A DNA stretch of 64,000 nt from Oscillospiraceae bacterium (GTDB lineage Bacteria > Bacillota > Clostridia > Oscillospirales > Oscillospiraceae), in assembly GCA_015068035.1 (NCBI GenBank), contig SVLI01000007.1, positions 31,176 through 95,175 on the forward strand, in the 5' to 3' direction. Positions 8,965 through 16,975 of this stretch are shown piece by piece. Position numbers and translations under genes: made by a program. Below the pieces are notes generated by a model, which had not been told where the DNA came from, did no database searches, and worked only from the letters and a program-made list of their open reading frames with translations. Numbering within the stretch: the first letter of the stretch is position 1; every line of letters starts with the position of its first letter.

Positions 8965-10455
8965 ATGTACGACAAGTTCAAAGATTACACCGAGCCGGAG
9001 AATTTCGCCAAGATTGTCGATTACGGCACAGTCGGCGAAATGTGGGCTTATGTATCCAAGCAGTTCGCGCAGAACACCGCCATCGTATACGGCGAGAAAA
9101 CCTACACTTTCGCCGAGCTTGACAGCGACGTTGCGCATTACAGAGCCTTTCTGCTCTCCCAGGGCGTTAAGAAGGGCGACTGTGTCGGCATGCTGCTGCC
9201 GAACAGCTACGCCTTTGCCAAGGTCTTTCTTGCGCTGACAACGCTGGGCGCCGTGGCCGCCGTTCTGCCGCCGCAGCTTCCGGCGGAGGCCGTATTTGGC
9301 TGCGCGATGAAGTTTGGCATGAAAGGGCTGGTATATGCGCCCGGCCTCGCGGAAAAAACCGCGGTACTGCAGAAGATGAATCCGTCCTGCCTGCTGCTGG
9401 ACAGCGACGCCGCCTTTGACGGCACCGCGCCGGCCGGCGAAGTGCTGCCCAAAGATCCCTGCGCGATCATGTTCACGGGCGGCACCTCCGGCAAGAGCAA
9501 GGGCGCGCTGCTCTCGCATCAGGCCGTGATGGCCGGCACGCGCAACGGCTGCTACGGCGTCAACCCCGCGTTTGAACAGCGCTACGTCCTCGTTCTGCCG
9601 CTGTCCCACGTTTTCGGCCTCATCCGCAATCTGATGACCTCGCTGTACTCCGGCAGCGGCCTGTTCATCTGCCAGGATACGAAGGACATGTTCCGCGACA
9701 TCGCCATGTTCAAGCCGACCATTATGGTCCTTGTTCCCGCGCTGGCCGAGATGGCGCTCACCCTCTCCAAGCAGTTCGGACGGAACATGCTGGGTGACGA
9801 CCTGAAATACATCATCTGCGGCGCCGCGCCGGTTCCGCAGTACCTCGTGCGGGAATACCACGCCATGGGCGTACAGATGGCGCCCGGCTACGGCCTCACG
9901 GAGAGCGCCAACCTCGTCAGCGGCAACCCGGATGCGATGGGACATCCGGACTCCGTCGGCATCCCCTATGCCGGCCAGGAGATCAAGTTCGTCGACGGCG
10001 AAATCTGGCTTAAGGGCATCAACATGATGGAAAGCTATGTCGGCGAGCCGGAGGAGAACGCTGAGGCGTATGAGGACGGCTGGTTCAAGACCGGTGACCT
10101 CGGCCGTCTGGACGAGGACGGCTTCCTCTACATCACCGGCCGCAAAAAGGCAATTCTCGTGCTTCCCTCCGGCGAGAACGTCTCCCCGGAGGAGGTTGAG
10201 GCCTGCTTCAACGCCATTGATCTGGTGCAGGACAGCCTCGTGTACTGCGATGAGAACGGCGCGCTGGTTCTGGAGGTTGTGCCGAGAAGAACAGAGATGG
10301 CCAAGGTCGAGGGTGACGCCGGAAAGCTTCTGCAGGAGCAGATCGCCCAGGCAAACAGCACGCTTCCGTCAATCAAGCGCGTCAGCCGCGTTGTGATTCG
10401 CGAGGAAGACTTCAAGCGCAGCCCGAGCATGAAGATTTTGAGGGATCAGAAATGA
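8965..10455 (+). CDS. Acyl-CoA/acyl-ACP synthetase (AMP-binding)
   Basis: Motifs FTGGTSGKSKGALLSH, GYGLTE and GWFKTGDLGRLDEDGFLYITGRKK are present. The gene starts 1 nt after the preceding stop. Confidence 0.88.
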   Translation: MYDKFKDYTEPENFAKIVDYGTVGEMWAYVSKQFAQNTAIVYGEKTYTFAELDSDVAHYRAFLLSQGVKKGDCVGMLLPNSYAFAKVFLALTTLGAVAAVLPPQLPAEAVFGCAMKFGMKGLVYAPGLAEKTAVLQKMNPSCLLLDSDAAFDGTAPAGEVLPKDPCAIMFTGGTSGKSKGALLSHQAVMAGTRNGCYGVNPAFEQRYVLVLPLSHVFGLIRNLMTSLYSGSGLFICQDTKDMFRDIAMFKPTIMVLVPALAEMALTLSKQFGRNMLGDDLKYIICGAAPVPQYLVREYHAMGVQMAPGYGLTESANLVSGNPDAMGHPDSVGIPYAGQEIKFVDGEIWLKGINMMESYVGEPEENAEAYEDGWFKTGDLGRLDEDGFLYITGRKKAILVLPSGENVSPEEVEACFNAIDLVQDSLVYCDENGALVLEVVPRRTEMAKVEGDAGKLLQEQIAQANSTLPSIKRVSRVVIREEDFKRSPSMKILRDQK

Positions 10456-10706
10456 GCAGAGAAGAAATTTTTGAAAAGCTGAAATACATTCTGAAGTACA
10501 CGCTTTCGAACGCGGACGAGATTTTGCCCATCGTCACGGAGGACTCGGATTTATACGTGGATCTCGGCCTGACTTCAGTCGGTATGCTGTATATCGTCAT
10601 CTCCGTTGAGGAGATGTTCAAAATTTCCATGAGTAATGCCAAATTTGACGATTTCAAAACCGTCAAAAACGTCATTGACTATCTGGAGAAGAAGATCAAT
10701 CTATGA
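10452..10706 (+). CDS. Acyl carrier protein (stand-alone)
   Basis: 84 aa and acidic. The motif DLGLTSVGML places Ser at the canonical phosphopantetheine position. ATGA overlaps occur at both ends. Confidence 0.8.
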   Translation: MSREEIFEKLKYILKYTLSNADEILPIVTEDSDLYVDLGLTSVGMLYIVISVEEMFKISMSNAKFDDFKTVKNVIDYLEKKINL

Positions 10707-11749
10707 AATGGCTTATGAAGGACCCGAAGCCGGGCGATATTCTTCGGGTTGAAAGCGGAATTTTCATGCACTTCGGCATCTATGTGTCTGACGAGGAGAT
10801 CATCCAGTTCGGCATGCCCCCCACCTCCCTTGAAGACCTGCAGGGGAAGGACATCCGCATTTGCGTATCCGACATTGATGCGTTCTGCCGCGGTGCGTTT
10901 GTGGAGGTCGCTTCCCTGAGCTTTCAGGAGAAAAAGAAGGCACGCAAGCCGGCGGATGTCATCGCCTATGCGCGCTCGAAGATCGGCATGGGCGGATATG
11001 ACATCCTGGAAAACAACTGCGAGCACTTTGTAAACGACTGTGTTTTCGGCAAAAAGTTCAGCGAACAGGTCGACAAGGTCAAGCGCAACACTTTCCGGCG
11101 CATCCCGTATATTGACCTGTACATTTCGGAAATTCCCGCTTCTCTCCCTCCCTGCCCGCTGTTCCCGCCCGAACGGCAGGCAGAGCTGGACGCCTGCGGC
11201 AACGAAAACGTCCGCAGGCAGAGGCAATACGCCTGGCAGGTTTTGCGCTTCGCGCTGAAAAAAACCTGCAGCATCGACATGCGGGAAAGCGACATTCATA
11301 AAACGGAGAGCGGTAAGTGGATCTGCTCTGACGCCTGCTTCTCCCTCTCCCACTCTCCCAATTTCGTTGCGGTCGCTGTGGCGAAAATGCCTGTCGGCGT
11401 TGATATTGAGGAGCTGCCGGATTTGCGCATGGAGGAAAGGCTCTATGAGCGCATCGCAACAGAAGGGGAGCTTTCTTCGCTTGGAGCTGCTCCCTCCCGG
11501 GAGGACGTTGCGCGCCTGTGGACGCTCAAAGAGAGCGTTTTTAAGCGCATCGGCACGGGACATTTTTCTCCCTGCAGCATCAACACACTGACGGAATCCG
11601 CCCGCTGCTTTCGGGACAATGCCTTTGATGGGCTGATGATCGCCGTTTCCGCCGAGTCGCTCGAGTGCATAAACGTCTATCACCTCAGTCCCGAAACGGA
11701 GGCGTGCGCGGACTTTACGCTCACGCCGGCTTCCGTTACGACGGCCTGA
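10703..11749 (+). CDS. Fusion protein: N-terminal LRAT/PLAAT (NlpC/P60-like) thiol acyltransferase domain plus C-terminal Sfp-type 4'-phosphopantetheinyl transferase
   Basis: The N-terminal part has His23 in MHFGIYV and NCEHFVNDC (Cys106, codon 11018-11020). The C-terminal part has SLSHSPNFVAVAV, VGVDIEE and WTLKESVFK, which are PPTase motifs. Confidence 0.8.
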   Translation: MKWLMKDPKPGDILRVESGIFMHFGIYVSDEEIIQFGMPPTSLEDLQGKDIRICVSDIDAFCRGAFVEVASLSFQEKKKARKPADVIAYARSKIGMGGYDILENNCEHFVNDCVFGKKFSEQVDKVKRNTFRRIPYIDLYISEIPASLPPCPLFPPERQAELDACGNENVRRQRQYAWQVLRFALKKTCSIDMRESDIHKTESGKWICSDACFSLSHSPNFVAVAVAKMPVGVDIEELPDLRMEERLYERIATEGELSSLGAAPSREDVARLWTLKESVFKRIGTGHFSPCSINTLTESARCFRDNAFDGLMIAVSAESLECINVYHLSPETEACADFTLTPASVTTA

Positions 11750-11765
11750 AAAATGCTGTAAATGC

Positions 11766-11803
11766 AAAAAACTGTTGCAGGGAAACTCCTGCAACAGTTT
11801 TTT
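11766..11803. terminator. Bidirectional intrinsic terminator closing the lipid operon and the convergent gene
   Basis: An 11-bp perfect stem (actgttgcagg / cctgcaacagt) carries a 6-nt loop. It is flanked by an A5 run and a T6 run. Confidence 0.85.
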
Positions 11804-11823
11804 AGTTTATTTCTGCCGTATGT

Positions 11824-12354
11824 TTAATATGCGAACGCCGCGGCAATAATGATAACAATCCAATAGAAGATCATGCAGATGGACGCAATCAGTCCGACGA
11901 TCGACGTGATCCTGCCGACCCTCGCAAAAGCTGTCGTAAAGCCAAAGGTAACAGCTCTTTCCTTTGCGGAGCCGGACTTCTTCATGCCGATGATCGCCAA
12001 AACAAAGCCGGCCACGACGGTCCAGCACGTGCACAGGGAAAGGATGCCGAGAATCATTGCGGTGATGCCCAGCTTTCTGGAATCGTCCACCTGCGCCGTG
12101 TAAACAGGCTGCTGTACGTAAACGGGCTGCTGCGCATACTGCTGCTGCACGGGCGGCTGCACATAAACCGGCTGCTGATACTGCGGCTGCGCGGGCTGCT
12201 GGGTGTACTGCTGCTGTGTATAGACGGGCTGCTGATACTGCTGCTGGTAGACAGGCTGCTCATAAACAGGCGGCTGCACGGGCTGCTGTTCGTAGACAGG
12301 CTGCTGTGCAGACTCGACCGTTTCGTTCAGATTGTTCTGCTCGTTCATGTTCAT
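11824..12354 (-). CDS. Membrane protein with Q/P/Y-rich repeat N-terminus and DUF4190-like C-terminal TM pair
   Basis: The N-terminal roughly 70 aa are degenerate QQPVY repeats. The C-terminal part has 2-3 hydrophobic helices (ITAMILGILSLC..., IVGLIASICMIFYWIVIIIAAAF). Confidence 0.7.
   Translation of the reverse strand: MNMNEQNNLNETVESAQQPVYEQQPVQPPVYEQPVYQQQYQQPVYTQQQYTQQPAQPQYQQPVYVQPPVQQQYAQQPVYVQQPVYTAQVDDSRKLGITAMILGILSLCTCWTVVAGFVLAIIGMKKSGSAKERAVTFGFTTAFARVGRITSIVGLIASICMIFYWIVIIIAAAFAY
12094..12306 (-). repeat. Degenerate tandem codon repeat encoding (Q-Q-P-V-Y)n
   Basis: The plus strand shows reiterated ctgctg / gtagac / gtaaac units. Translation gives QQPVYEQQPVQPPVYEQPVYQQQYQQPVYTQQQY... 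Confidence 0.75.
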
Positions 12355-12472
12355 ATCTCCTTCACATAGAGTGTGGCTTCAGTATAACAGGCCACAAATC
12401 ACAAGTCAAGTTTGGCATGCTGCTGCATGGCGGGAATCAAAGGCTTCGTACATAAGAAAGGAACGGCTGCTT

Positions 12473-13531
12473 ATGCCGAAAAGGTTCAAAAAACTGGTCA
12501 TTATGATTGCCGCCGCGGTGCTGCTTTTCGCGTTTGTGATTCCGGAGGCTGCGGCCATTGTTGTCTACAATTCCATATTCGGCGACCGCTACGAGCCCTA
12601 TGCCCCGCTGATGTTTCACATGGAGGATTTCCCCGGTCTGGAGCGCACGCGCTACAGCTTCCCCTCGGACAGAGGGCAGACGCTGGTCGGCTATCTTTTC
12701 CGCCGCGGCGCGGAGAAGCCCAAGGGCGTCGTCGTGATCTGCCACGGTCTTGGCGGCGGTGGACAGATTGACTATCTGGACTGCGCAAACTGCTTTGCCG
12801 AGAACGGATACTGGGTCTTCGCCTATGACGGAACGGGCAACGGCGAGAGCGAGGGCAAGGACGTGCGCGGTCTGCCGCAGGCTGTGATTGACCTTGACTA
12901 CGCGATTTCCTTTGTCAAGGAGACCTTTTCCGATCTGCCTGTCATGCTGTTCGGGCACAGCTGGGGCGGTTACGCGGCGGCAAGCGTGCTGCAATATCAC
13001 CCGGATGTGAAGGCGGTTGCCTCGGTCGCGGGCATGAACTGCTCAGCCGATCTGATGCGTGTCTACGGGAAAGAGGCCGCCGGCTTCTTTGCGGACATCT
13101 CCATGCCGTACGTAGATTTGTATGAACGCCTGAAATTTGGGAAATACGCTTCCGCCGCCGCTCTGGACGGCTTTGAAGCCTCCGACGCGGCCGTGCTCAT
13201 CGTGCACAGCGAGGACGATGCCCGGGTTCCAATCTCCATCGGCTATGAGCTCTACTATGAACAGTATGCCGACTCCGAGCGCTTCCGCTTCATCCGCTAC
13301 ACGGACCGCGGACACGGCTACGTGTATGCTTCGCAGCACGCAGTGGATTATCTTGATGATTTCTATGCGGGACTGGAGGCCTGCGAGGAAAACGAAAAGA
13401 ACGCATATGTCGCCCAAAACCTGGATTGGACGCTATGGACGAACCGTTTGGACGCCGAACTGTTCTCCGAAATCGTCAGCCTGTACGACAGTACGCTGGA
13501 GTCTGTTCCAAATCAGGACAAATCCGCATAA
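12473..13531 (+). CDS. Membrane-anchored alpha/beta hydrolase
   Basis: ORF 12332..13531. The internal ATG at 12473 (MPKRFKKLVIMIAAAVLLFAF) gives a signal/anchor. The nucleophile elbow is GHSWGG. Confidence 0.8.
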   Translation: MPKRFKKLVIMIAAAVLLFAFVIPEAAAIVVYNSIFGDRYEPYAPLMFHMEDFPGLERTRYSFPSDRGQTLVGYLFRRGAEKPKGVVVICHGLGGGGQIDYLDCANCFAENGYWVFAYDGTGNGESEGKDVRGLPQAVIDLDYAISFVKETFSDLPVMLFGHSWGGYAAASVLQYHPDVKAVASVAGMNCSADLMRVYGKEAAGFFADISMPYVDLYERLKFGKYASAAALDGFEASDAAVLIVHSEDDARVPISIGYELYYEQYADSERFRFIRYTDRGHGYVYASQHAVDYLDDFYAGLEACEENEKNAYVAQNLDWTLWTNRLDAELFSEIVSLYDSTLESVPNQDKSA

Positions 13532-13537
13532 ATCACA

Positions 13538-13586
13538 CCCCCACCGGGAATACGGCAAACCGCCGTTTCCCGGTGGGGGTGTTTTT
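13538..13586 (+). terminator. Intrinsic terminator
   Basis: A 13-bp stem (cccccaccgggaa / ttcccggtggggg) is followed by tgttttt. Confidence 0.8.
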
Positions 13587-13619
13587 GTACGCTTTTTTCA
13601 TAACTGCACACCGCGGTAC

Positions 13620-13648
13620 TGTACACCCCGCGGCAATGATGTTATAAT
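13620..13648 (+). promoter_or_regulatory. Putative sigma-A promoter with extended -10
   Basis: TGTACA, then 17 nt, then TATAAT preceded by TGT. It lies 40 nt upstream of the 13688 start. Confidence 0.5.
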
Positions 13649-13687
13649 AGGTTAAATTTTCATAGGAAGAGAAAAGGAGTGTCAAAA

Positions 13688-15076
13688 ATGAAGTATTTTA
13701 AGTATGGCTCCCCCGCCCCGATCGCATATGCCGACTTCATGGCAAAGAACAAGGTTCCCCCTGTTGAGAAACTCAACATCTGCCACGAAAGCATCGTTCC
13801 GGACATGATGAACGTCTGGTACGAATACATTCCCGCATCCTATGATGGAAATACGCCTCTGCCGCTGATCGTGCAGCTTCACGGCGGCGGTATGGACGGC
13901 AGACGTTGGGCCGATATGACAGTCTGGCATGTGCTGGCTGAGCGCAAGGGACTGATCGTGATTTATCCCAACTCACCGGACTACGGCACCTGGCGCTGCG
14001 ACGACCGCGATGTGGAATTTCTCTATCAGCTCATCGCACTCGTCTGCGAAAAATACAGCATCGACAAAACCCGGATCTACATGCAGGGCATGTCCAATGG
14101 TGACATGATGACGCTTGCCTTCACCATGCAGCACCCGGAGATCTTGGCTGCCGCAGGATACTCCACCGGCCCCTCCGCACACATGTATGTGGATGACGAG
14201 CGCCCGGTCGGTGCCCTGCCCGCCATCCAGATGCGCGGCGAGCTTGACCTCCTCTCCCAGCAAACGGAGGCCGAGCCACTCGATAAATATGAGATCCGCT
14301 ACAACATCAACGACTTTAACCGCGAACTCTGGCAGGATGTGAACGAACTGGACGAGCTTCCGCTTCTGACGCTGCGCGGGAAGGACAACTTCATGCGCTT
14401 CAAAGGCGAGACGGCCGACCTCATCAACTGGGAGATCGTGGGCTGCGGCCACAGAGAACCCGCCGACATGGCGCAGGTTTACTGGGACACACTGTATTCC
14501 GGATACATCCGCGTGGATGGGCAGCTTGTGCGCAGAGACTTTGAGGATCCGCTCACGCCCGACGAAGACCTCGTTGCCATCGCGCTCGGCAGCCGCAATG
14601 CCTTTGTTGGCAACAAGGTCGTGCAGATGACGGAGCTTGACTCCGGTGTTGTGCGTCTCCTTGACCCGACCATGAGCATGTATAAAAAAGTGGTCGACCC
14701 CAACGAAATGATGGAAACCCCTGCGCTTTTTGCTCCGGTGGAATTCTTCGTGGCCGCCTTCGGCGCCAAACTCAGCTATCTTGATTCCGGCGACTGTGCT
14801 GTTGTGGAATTCCCGGATGGGAATGTTGCGATCTTCCGGTCCGACTCCCTTCTGGTTGAATACAACGGACGCTTCCGCTCCATGCGCAAGCCGAGTGTTC
14901 TTCTGGGGGGCAACTTCTATATCCCCGTGGGTGAATTCTGCGCGGACTTTATGAACATGTTTGTGTCCCAGGCGGCAGATGTCATGCTGATCTCCGGCCA
15001 CGCCGCCATCTTGGGCCGCTACACCGCCAGAGTGCTGCGCAGAATCCTCGGTGGTTACGTCCGCGCCATTGAATAG
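13688..15076 (+). CDS. PHB-depolymerase-family (LpqC-like) esterase fused to a C-terminal copper-amine-oxidase-N-like 'stalk' domain
   Basis: The esterase half has LIVQLHGGG and the nucleophile elbow QGMSNGDMM. The ATG at 13688 lies 8 nt after AAGGAG. No signal peptide is evident. Confidence 0.7.
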   Translation: MKYFKYGSPAPIAYADFMAKNKVPPVEKLNICHESIVPDMMNVWYEYIPASYDGNTPLPLIVQLHGGGMDGRRWADMTVWHVLAERKGLIVIYPNSPDYGTWRCDDRDVEFLYQLIALVCEKYSIDKTRIYMQGMSNGDMMTLAFTMQHPEILAAAGYSTGPSAHMYVDDERPVGALPAIQMRGELDLLSQQTEAEPLDKYEIRYNINDFNRELWQDVNELDELPLLTLRGKDNFMRFKGETADLINWEIVGCGHREPADMAQVYWDTLYSGYIRVDGQLVRRDFEDPLTPDEDLVAIALGSRNAFVGNKVVQMTELDSGVVRLLDPTMSMYKKVVDPNEMMETPALFAPVEFFVAAFGAKLSYLDSGDCAVVEFPDGNVAIFRSDSLLVEYNGRFRSMRKPSVLLGGNFYIPVGEFCADFMNMFVSQAADVMLISGHAAILGRYTARVLRRILGGYVRAIE

Positions 15077-15127
15077 TTCACTGCAGCGCAGCATGGCTGC
15101 CTGCGACAATATCCAACGGAGGAAACC

Positions 15128-16975
15128 ATGTCCAAAAAACAAAACCAATCCGTACCGCCCGCTTCCGGGCCGTACCGGTCCAACAGCCGCCTGATCTGGC
15201 ACTTTCTCAAGGGCTGTAAGCGATATTTCCTCTGGGGCATTCTGACGCTTGCGCTCGTATCCGTTCTGGAAATGCTCAACCCGCAGATCATCAGCTTTGC
15301 CATCGACTCGGTGATCGACTCCATCGAGCCGACGGAATTTCCGCAATTTCTGCTGGATTTCATTGCGAAAATCGGCGGTAGGGACTATTTCCGCGCGCAT
15401 ATGTGGGTCATCGCGCTGATGATCATTCTCATCGCGTTTCTGGCTGTGATGTTCCGGTATTTCTACCGTGTTTTCAATGCCAGGGGCGGCGAGCGCTTTG
15501 TTGAGCGCATCCGCAACGCGCTTTACGGGCATATTGAAAGCCTGCCCTATGCCATGCTTAACGAAAACATGACCGGCGATCTCATCCAGCGCTGCACCTC
15601 GGACGTCAACACCGTTAAGCGCTTTATCTCCGAGCAGCTCACCTCGATCGTCCGGATCGTCATCCTGCTCGCGCTGGCGTTTTTCTTCATGTTCCGGATG
15701 AACTGGAAACTGAGCCTGATCGCCGCCGCTTTCATCCCGGTCATCGTTTTGTATTCCCTGTTTTTCCGCATCCGGATTGAGCGCAATTTCCGCCGCTGCG
15801 ATGAGGAGGAGGGCGTGCTCTCCACCGTCGTGCAGGAAAACCTCACCGGTGTGCGCGTGGTGCGCGCCTTTGGGCGGGAAAAGTACGAGCTGGATAAGTT
15901 CCGCGCCAAAAATGACCATTTTCGCGACAGCTGGATCAAATTGGCAGATCTGATGAGCTTTTTCTGGAACTTTGGTGACCTGTTCTCCGCGCTGCAGGTG
16001 ATGGCCGTTGTGCTGTGCGGCACGGTGTTCTGCGTCCGGGGCGAGCTGACGCCGGGCAATCTGATCGCCTTTATCTCTTATAACTCCATGCTGATCTGGC
16101 CGGTGCGGCATCTCGGCCGGACAATCAGCGAAATGAGCAAGGCCAACGTCTCCATCAACCGCATCCGTTACATTCTGCTCATGGAGCCGGAAAAAGACCC
16201 GGAAAGCCCCGAAATGCCCGATATGCGCGCGGACATCGTCTTCGATCACGTCGGCTTTTCTTACGCAGACGGCGTCAAAACGCTCAACGACGTCTCCTTT
16301 TCCATCGGCAGCGGCCAGACCGTTGGCATTCTCGGCAGCACGGGCAGCGGCAAATCAACGCTTATGTACCTGCTCACGCGTCTGTATGACCCCGACGAAG
16401 GCCGCATCACAGTCGGCGGTGTGCCACTGGAAAACATCCCACGGCAGTATGTGCGCCGCAACATCGGCATTGTGCTGCAGGAGCCCTATCTGTTCTCGCG
16501 GACGCTGGGAGAAAATATCCGCATCACCTGTGCGGATATGCCGGAGGAGACCTTTGCCGAAGCGGTCTCAACCGCAAGCCTCGACGAAACGGTACAAAAG
16601 CTCACGAACGGGCTGGATACCGTTGTCGGTGAGCGCGGCGTGACCCTTTCCGGCGGGCAGAAACAGCGCACCGCCATCGCGCGCATGATGACCGGGAAGC
16701 CACCTGTGATGATCTTTGACGATTCGCTCTCCGCCGTGGACACCGAAACGGACGCGAAGATCCGCGATGCGCTGCGCAAAAAATGCGCGGGCAGCACCGT
16801 CGTGCTGATCTCCCACCGCGTTACAACGCTGATGGATGCCGATCTGATCCTTGTGCTTGACAAGGGCCGAATCGTCGAATCCGGCACGCACGGCGACCTG
16901 ATGCGCCGTGGCGGCGTTTACCGCCGGATCCATGACATCCAGAATCAGAACATGGAGGAGGTGACGGGCGCATGA
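15128..16975 (+). CDS. ABC exporter, fused permease/ATPase (heterodimer half 1)
   Basis: Six-TM N-terminal half. Walker A is GSTGSGKST, signature is LSGGQKQR, Walker B is VMIFDDSLSAVD. Confidence 0.92.
   Translation: MSKKQNQSVPPASGPYRSNSRLIWHFLKGCKRYFLWGILTLALVSVLEMLNPQIISFAIDSVIDSIEPTEFPQFLLDFIAKIGGRDYFRAHMWVIALMIILIAFLAVMFRYFYRVFNARGGERFVERIRNALYGHIESLPYAMLNENMTGDLIQRCTSDVNTVKRFISEQLTSIVRIVILLALAFFFMFRMNWKLSLIAAAFIPVIVLYSLFFRIRIERNFRRCDEEEGVLSTVVQENLTGVRVVRAFGREKYELDKFRAKNDHFRDSWIKLADLMSFFWNFGDLFSALQVMAVVLCGTVFCVRGELTPGNLIAFISYNSMLIWPVRHLGRTISEMSKANVSINRIRYILLMEPEKDPESPEMPDMRADIVFDHVGFSYADGVKTLNDVSFSIGSGQTVGILGSTGSGKSTLMYLLTRLYDPDEGRITVGGVPLENIPRQYVRRNIGIVLQEPYLFSRTLGENIRITCADMPEETFAEAVSTASLDETVQKLTNGLDTVVGERGVTLSGGQKQRTAIARMMTGKPPVMIFDDSLSAVDTETDAKIRDALRKKCAGSTVVLISHRVTTLMDADLILVLDKGRIVESGTHGDLMRRGGVYRRIHDIQNQNMEEVTGA

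Noticed and set aside
13973-16249. 758-aa minus-strand ORF spanning the esterase and ABC transporter genes
   Set aside because: It is antisense to two plus-strand genes with clear family motifs. Its translation is Arg/Ala/Gly/His-rich with no motifs. This is a typical shadow ORF of GC-rich DNA.
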